A stretch of 64,000 nucleotides of DNA. Source: Bdellovibrionales bacterium. Its GTDB lineage: Bacteria > Bdellovibrionota > Bdellovibrionia > Bdellovibrionales > UBA1609. Location: positions 1,024,001-1,088,000 of the forward strand of contig OZ241877.1 of NCBI GenBank assembly GCA_965203095.1, given 5' to 3'. Below, piece after piece: positions 1 to 9,453 of the stretch. The stretch's first letter is position 1. Each line of letters opens with the position of its first letter. Position numbers and translations under genes: made by a program. A model generated the notes under the pieces. The model made no database searches and was not told the DNA's origin. It was given only the letters and a program-made list of their open reading frames with translations.

Positions 1-825
1 ACAGTTGATCAGATCACTCCACCGGCCTTCAATTTGCCCACTCATGATTTGTGACAAATTGATACGGGAAAGGGAGGAGAGTAGTCTCATTACAATTGCT
101 TCTTTAGACATTTCTAAAGAAAAAAAAGCCACTTTCTTTTTTTCGTGAAGAGCATTATGAAGGGCAATGTTTAAACTGAGGGCTGTTTTTCCCATAGAAG
201 GGCGAGCGGCCAAAACAATAAGATCAGAGGGATGAAAGCCAAGAGTGATGCTGTCTAAAGCTTGAAAAGAGCTGGGAAGGCCAGTAAGGGATCTTTTTTT
301 GTGGTAAAGATCTTCTAGGTTTTTTAAGCCACTATCCACAAGCTGGCTTATAGGGGCCAGCTCTGCACTGTTTTGTTTGTCCCCTAATTTAAAAATTTCC
401 GCCTCCAAGTAATCCATAAAATGTTCTATCTTGGAGTAATCCTCTTTGTAGGCTTTTTGAATAAACTCCTCAGATTTTCGAATCACTTTTCGGAGTAAAG
501 ACTTCTCTGCTGTGATATCGGCATAAGCCTTAATGTTGGCTTTTGAGCTAAGCTGATGGACGAGATCGCTCAAGTAAGAAGTCCCCCCCACCTGATCCAA
601 TTGCTTGGTTTTTTTTAAGGAATTGGCCACAGTTACAGGGTCTGCACTTTGTCCTTTTTTGTAAAGTTCTTGAATATGAAAAAAAATGGTTTTATGAGCG
701 GGTTGAAAAAAATCTTCTTCTTTTAACTCAGTTGCTACCTCATCCCAATCCGCTTCTTCCCCCATGAGGAGGATCCCAAGAAGAGCCTTTTCAGCAGAAA
801 GATGAGATGGAAGAGTGCCTTTCAT
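1..825 (-). CDS. dnaB: Replicative DNA helicase DnaB (5' part; runs off the window start)
   Basis: Manual translation from ATG at 825: MKGTLPSHLSAEKALLG...DFFQPAHKTIF...LIVLAARPSMGKTALSLNIA (DnaB N-terminal domain and Walker A). Not in the ORF track because it is truncated by the window edge. Confidence 0.93.
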   Translation of the reverse strand, partial: MKGTLPSHLSAEKALLGILLMGEEADWDEVATELKEEDFFQPAHKTIFFHIQELYKKGQSADPVTVANSLKKTKQLDQVGGTSYLSDLVHQLSSKANIKAYADITAEKSLLRKVIRKSEEFIQKAYKEDYSKIEHFMDYLEAEIFKLGDKQNSAELAPISQLVDSGLKNLEDLYHKKRSLTGLPSSFQALDSITLGFHPSDLIVLAARPSMGKTALSLNIALHNALHEKKKVAFFSLEMSKEAIVMRLLSSLSRINLSQIMSGQIEGRWSDLINC

Positions 826-1404
826 TTAGCTTGCCTTTGCCTTAAGCTTTATTTTTTTCTTAAGAGTGTTGCGGTTAATGCCAAGAGCTTCAGCGGCTCG
901 AACCTGATTGCCTTTGCAAAACTCCAAGACTTTTTGAATGATTTTTGCCTTTACCGACTGGCTTATTCGCTTTAGAGCCTTATCTTTTAAAATTTGATGG
1001 GCATTCTCTTCAGACAGTTGGGCCTGACAGGCTGATAGTAAATCCATGGAACGGGCTGAGCTGAGGAAGATACCACTTTTAGGGCCTTTATGCTGGCTTT
1101 TTTGCATGAGGAGTTGCTCAATATTTAAATTGTAAGCCTTTATTTTTTTCTTAAGAGTGTTGCGGTTAATGCCAAGAGCTTTAGCTGTTTTAAGTTGATT
1201 GCCTTTTAAATTTTCTAAACCAAACTCTATAAGTGCTTGTTCAATAGGTTCATAAAATCTTTTTAAAACATTGGTTTGTGCTTGTAAGGGATAAAATTTT
1301 AAATAGTGATCCAGCTTACTTTCCACAATATCTTCGATTTGAACCCGATCCAAGTGAATCACTAAGGCATTTTGTGAAGAATGGATAAAATGATTGGGCG
1401 TCAT
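826..1404 (-). CDS. Protein with two tandem Fis-type helix-turn-helix domains
   Basis: GNQLKTAKALGINRNTLKKKIK and GNQVRAAEALGINRNTLKKKIK (Fis/HTH_8 motif twice). Likely start is ATG 1404 (ORF track starts at 1440). Its stop codon abuts the dnaB ATG. Confidence 0.85.
   Translation of the reverse strand: MTPNHFIHSSQNALVIHLDRVQIEDIVESKLDHYLKFYPLQAQTNVLKRFYEPIEQALIEFGLENLKGNQLKTAKALGINRNTLKKKIKAYNLNIEQLLMQKSQHKGPKSGIFLSSARSMDLLSACQAQLSEENAHQILKDKALKRISQSVKAKIIQKVLEFCKGNQVRAAEALGINRNTLKKKIKLKAKAS
847..1181. repeat. 44-bp perfect direct repeat (847-890 = 1138-1181) encoding both Fis recognition helices
   Basis: ctttatttttttcttaagagtgttgcggttaatgccaagagctt is present at both positions and the flanking bases differ. 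Confidence 0.95.
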
Positions 1405-1538
1405 CAAAAAAAATCTAATACTATCCTGTGCAAAAAGCAATAGAAGATATTTTTTTGCGGGAAACTTTGTGGAAAATCCTGTTAAAAAACAAAAAACCAG
1501 CTTTTTTTTTATAAAAAATCGCTTATACTGAAAAAGCT

Positions 1539-3887
1539 GTGGTTTGGAGCAAAAAAATTCAACGAGAAATAAGGCGAAATCGCCTCAAAGGGGCTTTACT
1601 CTTAAGCGGGACTTTGTTTTTGGGTCTCAGTTTTTTTAGCTATAAGCCTCAAGATCCTTCTTTAAACTTTTTTGGTTCATCCCTTAAGGTTGAAAATTAT
1701 TGTGGTTTTATTGGGGCCAGCTTGGCGGATTTATTTTATCAGTTTTTTGGCTTCTCCTCATGGTTTTTTATTTTAGGAGGCTTGATTTTAGCCTACAAAT
1801 TTTTTACAGGACGCTTGCGGGAATCGGCTATAGAGTCCAGCCTTTTTTTTGGTTTATTTGTTCTTTCTTTTATGAGCTTGAGCGAGCTGTATTTTTCAGA
1901 AGTTCGCTTTTTTAACCATTCTGTTAGTTGGGGGGGAGGCTTGGGAAAAGTGATTATCTCTTCCCTTAAACCCTTGTTTCATACCACGGGCACAGCTGTT
2001 CTTCTATGGTCTTCTTTAGCTGTGATTTTTATATTTTACAGCCCTACAGTTTTTTTGAGAGCTTTTGGCCTCTGGCCGATAAAAATTTTGATCACTTTTT
2101 GGAAACTCTTTAAAGTTAGCCCTCATATTATAGGCAAAGCCGGGCTTAAAGTTAAAAAGGGGATTCAAAAACTTTCGAATTTTTTAAAACTTTCCCTTTC
2201 CTTTTTTGGAAAGATATTTTCCTTTATTCGAAAACTTAAACATAGCGAGACTCCCTCCCCTAAAGCTTTAGATTCTCAAATCAATAAAACAAAAGAGGCC
2301 CCGCAGTTTGTCTTTCAAGACAAATCCTTTTTACATAAGGAAAAAGAACCGCCTCCTTCTCAAAGCTTAATGGCTCCTAAAATTGAAAAGCCTTTTTTAC
2401 ATAAAAAATCTTTTGATAAAGGCCAACTCCCCTCTGTGGATATTTTATCAGATATCCCTCAAAAGCCAGAAAAAATCCATCGCCAAGATGTGGAGGAGCT
2501 GTCTAAAAAACTAATAGATAAACTCTCTCAATTTTCTATACAAGGGGAGATTAAAGCCATTAAAACCGGCCCCGCATTAGTGTTATTTGAATTTAAGCCA
2601 GAAAATCATGTAAAAGTCAGCCGGATCCGTGAAATGGAAAGTGATTTGAGTTTGGCCTTGAGCAGTGAGTCTGTTCGTATTATTGCCCCCATCCCCGGGC
2701 GAGATGTGGTGGGAATTGAAGCTTCTATGCCCTATAGAAAAATGGTGCATTTAAAAAATCTTTTAAGGTCAGAAAGTTTTTTTAAAGCCGATTTGCCCTT
2801 AGTTTTAGGAAGAAGAGCAGATAATGTAATAGGGATTAAAGACTTGGCTCGCATCCCGCATCTTTTGGTTGCAGGAACTACCGGATCAGGAAAATCCATG
2901 TTCATTATTAGTTTTGTGATTAGCCTCTTGTTTCGCCACAGTCCGGATTCTTTAAAAATCTTGTTGATTGATCCTAAACAAGTGGATCTGTCGGCCTTTA
3001 AGGACATTCCTCATCTTTTATCTCCCATTATCACTTCTTCTCATTTAGCTGTCCAAGCATTGCATTGGGCTGTGATGGAGATGGAAAAAAGATATCGCTC
3101 TCTCGCTCTTTTTCAGGCAAGAGATCACAAGTCCTTTAATACTGTAGCCAGAGGATTAAGCTCTAAGGAAAAAAGTTTGCATTCCAAAAAACAGGAGTCC
3201 GCTCGTCCGCAGGACTCTTACTATTTTGAGCCTTTGCCCTTAATATGTATTGTGATTGAAGAGTTTGGAGATCTGATGGCGGATAAAAATATTCGAAGGC
3301 CACTGGAAAGTGCAGTGGTGCGGTTAGCTCAAAAGGCCAGAGCCAGTGGCATTCATCTGATTTTAGCGATGCAAAGCCCCAGAAAGGATGTCGTCACAGG
3401 CTTAATTAAAACCAATATTCCTGGGCGGATTAGCTTTAAGGTGGCCAGTGGGACTGATTCCCGCGTGATTTTAGACGAGACAGGGGCAGAAAAGTTGTTG
3501 TCCCACGGAGATATGCTGTTTTTGGAACCTGGCCATATCAAAGCCCTTCGCTATCATGGGCCTTTTGTTCGGGAAAGGGATGTGGAAGAAGTGGGAAATC
3601 ACTGGAGAAGTCAGGCAGAACCTATTTATGAGAAGGCTTTAATCCCTGGATCAGCTCAGCTGGCTCATAATACGGTAGACTCCAGCATGAATATAAAAGA
3701 GGATCCTATGTATGATGAGATTTTGGAGTTTGTAAAAACTTGCGATGTGGTGAGTGCATCTTTTTTACAAAGAAAATTCCGTATTGGCTACCCTCGTGCG
3801 GCCCGCATGATAGAGATCTTATTTGAAGAAGGGCAAATTGGTCCGCCTCAAGGAAGCAAACCCAGAGAGGTCTTGGCACACAAATGA
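1539..3887 (+). CDS. ftsK: DNA translocase FtsK
   Basis: N-terminal TM region, PHLLVAGTTGSGKS Walker A, RLAQKARASGIHLI, and C-terminal gamma domain SASFLQRKFRIGYPRAARMIE. Confidence 0.96.
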   Translation: MVWSKKIQREIRRNRLKGALLLSGTLFLGLSFFSYKPQDPSLNFFGSSLKVENYCGFIGASLADLFYQFFGFSSWFFILGGLILAYKFFTGRLRESAIESSLFFGLFVLSFMSLSELYFSEVRFFNHSVSWGGGLGKVIISSLKPLFHTTGTAVLLWSSLAVIFIFYSPTVFLRAFGLWPIKILITFWKLFKVSPHIIGKAGLKVKKGIQKLSNFLKLSLSFFGKIFSFIRKLKHSETPSPKALDSQINKTKEAPQFVFQDKSFLHKEKEPPPSQSLMAPKIEKPFLHKKSFDKGQLPSVDILSDIPQKPEKIHRQDVEELSKKLIDKLSQFSIQGEIKAIKTGPALVLFEFKPENHVKVSRIREMESDLSLALSSESVRIIAPIPGRDVVGIEASMPYRKMVHLKNLLRSESFFKADLPLVLGRRADNVIGIKDLARIPHLLVAGTTGSGKSMFIISFVISLLFRHSPDSLKILLIDPKQVDLSAFKDIPHLLSPIITSSHLAVQALHWAVMEMEKRYRSLALFQARDHKSFNTVARGLSSKEKSLHSKKQESARPQDSYYFEPLPLICIVIEEFGDLMADKNIRRPLESAVVRLAQKARASGIHLILAMQSPRKDVVTGLIKTNIPGRISFKVASGTDSRVILDETGAEKLLSHGDMLFLEPGHIKALRYHGPFVRERDVEEVGNHWRSQAEPIYEKALIPGSAQLAHNTVDSSMNIKEDPMYDEILEFVKTCDVVSASFLQRKFRIGYPRAARMIEILFEEGQIGPPQGSKPREVLAHK

Positions 3888-4588
3888 AATCTCAGAAAAA
3901 AACCATTCGCATTGCCTTGAGCGGAGATAGAGGGCGAATGGGCAAAAGCCTCTCTCGCCTAATTAAAGAAAAGCCTTTTATGCAGGTGACGGCTGGAGCC
4001 AACAAAACGAGGGCACCGGAGAGCTGGCCCACTGGCCAAATTGACGGGGTGATTGATTTTTCTCTTCCTGAACTCTTTTCACAAAGTTTAGATTGGGCTT
4101 TTCAGCATAAAAAAGCCTTTGTCAGCGGGACTACAGGTTTAAGCTCAAGCCAAAAAAACTCTTTAAAATCCGCAGGAAAAAAAATCCCTGTTTTTTACAG
4201 CGAAAACATGAGTGGAGGGATTTTTCTCCTCTCCCGGTGGCTAAAAGATATTTTTTATGAAGAGTTTAAGGTTCGGATAGAGGACATTCATCATAAAGAC
4301 AAAAAAGACAAACCCAGCGGGACAGCCTTAAGGCTAAAAGAGAGCCTTCCTCGATTTTTAAAAAATAAAGCTAAAATCCAAAGCTTGAGACAAGCACAAG
4401 AGTTTGGGACTCACCGGGTTTTTCTTCAAAGTGCGGAGGAGATTTTGATTTTAGAGCATCAGGCTTTAAACCGGGAGCTTTTTGCTAAAGGAGCTTTGCA
4501 GGCCCTTTTGTTTATTTTAAAAAAGAAAAAAGGATTCTATAGCCTTTCTGATCTCTACCAACAGAAAAAAGCCCTCCCATTTTTTTGA
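3884..4588 (+). CDS. dapB: 4-hydroxy-tetrahydrodipicolinate reductase
   Basis: GxxGRMG, IDFS, VSGTTG, EDIHHKDKKDKPSGTA motifs. ATGA overlap with ftsK. Confidence 0.9.
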   Translation: MKSQKKTIRIALSGDRGRMGKSLSRLIKEKPFMQVTAGANKTRAPESWPTGQIDGVIDFSLPELFSQSLDWAFQHKKAFVSGTTGLSSSQKNSLKSAGKKIPVFYSENMSGGIFLLSRWLKDIFYEEFKVRIEDIHHKDKKDKPSGTALRLKESLPRFLKNKAKIQSLRQAQEFGTHRVFLQSAEEILILEHQALNRELFAKGALQALLFILKKKKGFYSLSDLYQQKKALPFF

Positions 4589-4632
4589 TTTTTCACTCTG
4601 TTTTTTCTGAAAATCTGGTTCAAAAGCCTATT

Positions 4633-7257
4633 TTAAATTTTGATTTTTTGTTTTTTAAAGGCGGATTGCCGTCTTCTTTGCCGGCGGTTCAATGGCTTTT
4701 CCCTTTGAGGGGGGATCGCCTCTTTAGGAGTTTGTGCAAAAGCAGAGCTTTCTAAAGCTTTTTCATTATAGATTAAACTTTCCTCTTCTTTTTGAGGCTT
4801 ATCCCACTTTGTTTCCTCAGTGATTTGAATTTTAAAAAACTTCTCCACAACCTCAATAGCCACAGCCAAGTTAAGGGCTTCAAACATATAAAAAGTTTCT
4901 TTTTTATATTCCACCAAAGGATCTTTTTGGGCAAATGCCCTCAGGTTGATCCCTTCTCTGAGATGGTCCACATTTTCTAAATGCTCTTTCCAGCGGGCAT
5001 CTGTAGTTTGCAAGAGCAAAAACTGAATTAAAGGCTCAAAATGCTCTCCTAACTCTTGCTTTTTCTTTTCGAACTTGGCTTGAACAGAGAATTTTGTTGA
5101 ATTGTTAATATCTTCTAAAGTCAGATTCTCCAAAGGGGGAAAGCTTATATCTAAATCTAAAGTTCGCTGGCAAAAAGTTTGTAAACCTTTGAGATTCCAC
5201 TCCTCTTTTTTCATATTCTCATTAGCTGTTTGATCCAAGCCTTCAGATATTACATCGGAGAGGCGATCTAAAAAGAGTCTTTCTAAATGATCTTTTTTCA
5301 TCACTTCTTTTCGCATTTTGTAAATGGCAGTTCTTTGTTGATTCATCACATTATCGTATTCTAAAAGATGTTTTCTGATCTCAAAGTTATGCCCTTCTAC
5401 CTTTTTTTGTGCACTGGCTATAGCACGAGTCAAAAGCCGATCTGTGATAGGGGCCGATTCGTCCATTTTTAAAGTGGTCATTATTTTTTGCATTCTCTCC
5501 CCTCCAAAAACCCTCATCAAATCATCTTCTAAAGACAAATAAAATTTTGAAGCTCCGGGATCACCTTGTCGGCCAGAGCGACCTCTCAGCTGATTATCAA
5601 TCCGGCGGGCTTCATGCCTTTCTGTCCCGATGATAAACAGACCACCAGCAGAGATCACATCTTCCCTTTCCTTTAGGCACAGATCTTGAAATTTTTTGAG
5701 CCTCTTTTGATAACTCTCTTCCGAATCTTGTTTTCCCTTTGGCCCGCACAAAAACTCTGGGTTCCCGCCCAGGATAATGTCTGTCCCTCGTCCCGCCATA
5801 TTGGTAGCAATAGTGATGGCAGATTTTCTTCCCGCCTGAGCCACAATTTCTGCCTCTTTGTCATGATGTTTTGCGTTTAAAACTTTATGAGGGATATTTT
5901 CTTGAGAAAGGATTTGAGATAGTCTCTCTGATTTTTCAATACTGACAGTCCCCACTAAAACAGGCTGGTTTTTTTTATACAGCTCTTTTATGAATTGCCC
6001 AATATATTTGTATTTTATAGCCGAGGTTTTGTAGATCACATCCTCATAATCTTCCCGGCGGATGGGCTGGTTGGTGGGGATGACTTTGGTTTGAAGTTTG
6101 TAAATTTTTTTAAACTCTTCGGCCTCAGTTTCCGCCGTGCCTGTCATGCCCGCCAGCTTGTTATACATTCTAAAATAATTTTGGAAAGTGATGGTGGAAA
6201 GGGTTTGGTTTTCTGTTTTGACTTTAACCCCCTCTTTGGCCTCGATAGCTTGATGAAGCCCCTCACTCCATCGCCTCCCCGGTTGAAGACGGCCCGTAAA
6301 TTCATCCACAATTACCACTTCACTTCCTTGAACCATATAGTCCACATCTTTTTTATAAAGGTAATGGGCCTTTAGTGATTGGTAGATATTGTGTAGAAAC
6401 TCAATATGAGCCAAATCGTAAAGATTGTTAATGCCTAAAAGCTTTTCTATTTCTGCATTGCCTTCCTCTGTGAGGGAGACTGTTCGGGATTTTTCCTCCA
6501 TTGTGAAGTGCTTATCTTTTTTAAGATGTGGGATGATTTTTTTGACAGCGTGATATTTGTCTGTGGAGCGGTCTTTAGGCCCGGAGATAATTAGAGGAGT
6601 CCTGGCCTCATCTATTAAAATGGAATCGCACTCATCTACAATCGCATAATTGAGATCCCTTTGAACACAGGCTTTAAGGGAATATTTCATATTATCTCTT
6701 AAATAATCAAAACCAAATTCATTATTAGTTCCATAAGTGACATCGGCTAAGTAGGCTTTTTGCCTTTCTCTATCATCCATATCATGAATGATCGCCCCAG
6801 CACTCAAGCCCAAAAAGTTGTAAAGTTGGCCCATCCATTCCCTATCTCTTTTAGCTAAATAATCGTTGACTGTGACAATATGGACACCTTTTCCCGAAAG
6901 AGCATTCAAATAAACCGGGAGAGTAGCCACCAGGGTTTTTCCTTCACCGGTTTTCATTTCAGCAATTTCCCCTCTGTGAAGGACGATCCCTCCAATCACC
7001 TGAACATCATAATGCCTCATGCCCAAAACCCGTTTAGCGGCCTCTCTGCAAACCGCAAAGGCTGAAGGCAAAATGTTTTCTAAACTTTGCCCTTGATCTA
7101 TTTGCTCTTTAAAGTGAGAGGTTTTAGCCTGTAAGCCCTTCCGGCTCAGCCCGGAGAGCGATTTTTCCAAATGGCCAATGTGCTGGACAAGGGGCCTTAT
7201 TTTTTTCAAATCCCGTTCATATTTTGTTCCAAAAATTTTAGTTAAGAGAGAAAGCAT
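4633..7257 (-). CDS. secA: Preprotein translocase ATPase SecA
   Basis: AEMKTGEGKT, VTVNDYLAKRD, IATNMAGRGTDI, RRIDNQLRGRSGRQGDPG. No C-terminal SEC-C Cys motif. Confidence 0.98.
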   Translation of the reverse strand: MLSLLTKIFGTKYERDLKKIRPLVQHIGHLEKSLSGLSRKGLQAKTSHFKEQIDQGQSLENILPSAFAVCREAAKRVLGMRHYDVQVIGGIVLHRGEIAEMKTGEGKTLVATLPVYLNALSGKGVHIVTVNDYLAKRDREWMGQLYNFLGLSAGAIIHDMDDRERQKAYLADVTYGTNNEFGFDYLRDNMKYSLKACVQRDLNYAIVDECDSILIDEARTPLIISGPKDRSTDKYHAVKKIIPHLKKDKHFTMEEKSRTVSLTEEGNAEIEKLLGINNLYDLAHIEFLHNIYQSLKAHYLYKKDVDYMVQGSEVVIVDEFTGRLQPGRRWSEGLHQAIEAKEGVKVKTENQTLSTITFQNYFRMYNKLAGMTGTAETEAEEFKKIYKLQTKVIPTNQPIRREDYEDVIYKTSAIKYKYIGQFIKELYKKNQPVLVGTVSIEKSERLSQILSQENIPHKVLNAKHHDKEAEIVAQAGRKSAITIATNMAGRGTDIILGGNPEFLCGPKGKQDSEESYQKRLKKFQDLCLKEREDVISAGGLFIIGTERHEARRIDNQLRGRSGRQGDPGASKFYLSLEDDLMRVFGGERMQKIMTTLKMDESAPITDRLLTRAIASAQKKVEGHNFEIRKHLLEYDNVMNQQRTAIYKMRKEVMKKDHLERLFLDRLSDVISEGLDQTANENMKKEEWNLKGLQTFCQRTLDLDISFPPLENLTLEDINNSTKFSVQAKFEKKKQELGEHFEPLIQFLLLQTTDARWKEHLENVDHLREGINLRAFAQKDPLVEYKKETFYMFEALNLAVAIEVVEKFFKIQITEETKWDKPQKEEESLIYNEKALESSAFAQTPKEAIPPQREKPLNRRQRRRQSAFKKQKIKI

Positions 7258-7363
7258 GAAAATAACATAAGGCTTTTGTTGGCAAAAGTCTATAAAATAG
7301 TCCCTTGTGAAACAGACGGGCTTTTGTCCCTCAAAAATTCTGGATTTTTAATTTTATATAGGG

Positions 7364-7393
7364 CTTGACAAAGCTCGGTTTTGTCTCATTATT
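7364..7393 (+). promoter_or_regulatory. Putative dnaK promoter (CTTGACA ... CTCATTATT)
   Basis: TTGACA at 7365-7370 with a -10-like element ~17 bp downstream, upstream of the dnaK RBS (aaggag). Sigma specificity (70 vs 32) is uncertain. Confidence 0.5.
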
Positions 7394-7440
7394 AAGTTTT
7401 ATATTGAGCTTGCACTTTAAACGGGAAAAGGAGTGAAGAC

Positions 7441-9345
7441 ATGGGCAAAATCTTGGGTATTGATTTGGGCACAACCAATTCTGTTGTCTCTATTATTGAA
7501 AATGGCCAGCCTAAAGTTTTAACCAACACAGAAGGAGCTTACACTACCCCTTCTGTTGTGGGTTTTGGCAAAAAAGGGGAGATTCTTGTAGGACAAATTG
7601 CCAAAAGGCAGGCGGTCAGCAATCCCATCAACACCATTTTTTCCTCTAAAAGATTTATTGGCCAACAATTTTCTGCAATTCGTGGGGAAGTTGACAGCTA
7701 CCCATTCAAAACTGTCAAAAAATCCAATAGTGAAAGTTGTGCTTTCCTTATCAACAATGAGGAGGTTTCTCCTGAAAAAATAGCCTCTCTCATTTTATCC
7801 AAGCTAAAAAAAGACGCTGAGGCTTACCTGGGTCAAGAGGTCAAAGAGGCTGTAATTACAGTCCCAGCTTACTTTAATGATCTTCAAAGGCAGGCTACAA
7901 AAGACGCTGGCAAAGCGGCCCGGCTGAATGTCAAAAGGCTTATCAATGAGCCTACTGCCGCGGCTTTAGCTTATGGCATGGATAAAAAGGAAAATCGGTT
8001 GGTGGCTGTTTTTGACTTTGGTGGTGGCACTTTTGACATTTCTATTTTGGATATTAACGACAAACTTTTAGAAGTGAAGGCCACAAATGGAAACACAAAA
8101 CTGGGAGGAGATGACTTTGATGAAGCCCTGTTAAATTGGTTAGCTGAAGAGTTTAAAAAAATGGAAGGCATTGACTTGAGGGAAGACAAAATGGCTTTGC
8201 AAAGGCTGAGGGAAGCGGCGGAGAAAGCTAAGATTGAATTGAGCGTTTCTCAAGAAGCAGTAGTCAATTTGCCTTTTATTACTGCGGGGGCCTCAGGAGC
8301 TAAACATTTAGACATTTCCTTAACTCGATCTAAATTTGATCAGTTAACAGAGCATTTAATTGAAAGTGCTTTAAAGCCTTGTCAGGTAGTTTTAAAAGAT
8401 GCTGGCATTACTACCAACGATATCCATGAGGTGATCATGGTTGGGGGGAGCACACGTATTCCCGCAGTTCAGGAGGCGGTTAAAAAATTTTTTAACAGAG
8501 ATCTAAATCAATCGGTTAACCCCGATCAAGTGGTAGCTATGGGGGCCGCTGTTCAGGCCGGGGTTTTGTCCAGCGAAGTTAAAGATATTTTACTTTTAGA
8601 TGTGACTCCTCTGTCCCTGGGGATAGAGACTTTAGGCGGTGTGATGACTAAACTCATCTCTAAGAACACAACCATCCCCACAAAAAAATCAGAGGTATTT
8701 TCCACTGCGGAAGACAATCAAAGCGTTGTGTCCATCCATGTTCTTCAAGGGGAAAGAGGCATGGCTAAAGATAACAAAACTTTAGGCCGTTTTGATTTGA
8801 GGGACATTCCTCCCGCCCCCAGAGGAGAACCTAAAATTGAAGTTTCTTTTGACATTGATTCCAATGGAATCATTCATGTTTCTGCTAAAAATCAAGCTAC
8901 AGGGAAAAGCCAAAACATTCGTATTGACAAACCCAGCCTCAATGAAGAGGAAATCAGCCACATGATTAAGTCGGCTCAAGTTTATGAGGAGCAAGATCGA
9001 AAAAGAAAAGAGATCATTAGCATAAAAAATGAGATGGATCAAATGATCTATCAGTCGGAAAAAATGATAAAAGAAAATAGCGATAAAATTTCTGATGACC
9101 TAAAAAAAGAATCAGAAAGTGCTATTACACAAGCCAAAGATTTTTTGAAGAAAGACGACTTGGAAGTGAACATGGATGAATTAAAAAAGCTGAAAGACAA
9201 AGTCAAACAACAGTTTCAAGCATTAGGGCAAGAAGTTTATAAAAAAAGTGCTCAGGAAAAAAGCCCGAAGGATCCTTCTCCAAAGAAAAAAAACAAAAAC
9301 GATGGAGAAACCATTAACGCAGACTATGAAAAGAAAGAGGATTGA
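7441..9345 (+). CDS. dnaK: Chaperone DnaK (Hsp70)
   Basis: [53 protein letters not shown]. Confidence 0.98.
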   Translation: MGKILGIDLGTTNSVVSIIENGQPKVLTNTEGAYTTPSVVGFGKKGEILVGQIAKRQAVSNPINTIFSSKRFIGQQFSAIRGEVDSYPFKTVKKSNSESCAFLINNEEVSPEKIASLILSKLKKDAEAYLGQEVKEAVITVPAYFNDLQRQATKDAGKAARLNVKRLINEPTAAALAYGMDKKENRLVAVFDFGGGTFDISILDINDKLLEVKATNGNTKLGGDDFDEALLNWLAEEFKKMEGIDLREDKMALQRLREAAEKAKIELSVSQEAVVNLPFITAGASGAKHLDISLTRSKFDQLTEHLIESALKPCQVVLKDAGITTNDIHEVIMVGGSTRIPAVQEAVKKFFNRDLNQSVNPDQVVAMGAAVQAGVLSSEVKDILLLDVTPLSLGIETLGGVMTKLISKNTTIPTKKSEVFSTAEDNQSVVSIHVLQGERGMAKDNKTLGRFDLRDIPPAPRGEPKIEVSFDIDSNGIIHVSAKNQATGKSQNIRIDKPSLNEEEISHMIKSAQVYEEQDRKRKEIISIKNEMDQMIYQSEKMIKENSDKISDDLKKESESAITQAKDFLKKDDLEVNMDELKKLKDKVKQQFQALGQEVYKKSAQEKSPKDPSPKKKNKNDGETINADYEKKED

Positions 9346-9418
9346 GATTCTTCCTCAACAAACAATGAAGAAAAATCTTACAATATCAGTTAAAGCGGGC
9401 TTTTTTCATTAAAAAAAC

Positions 9419-9447
9419 TTGAAAAGCCCAACAGTTTTATATAAAAT
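9419..9447 (+). promoter_or_regulatory. Sigma70-type promoter of rel (probably leaderless transcript)
   Basis: TTGAAA (9419-9424), 17-bp spacer, TAAAAT (9442-9447), then 6 nt to the GTG at 9454. No SD. Confidence 0.6.
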
Positions 9448-9453
9448 GTCTTT

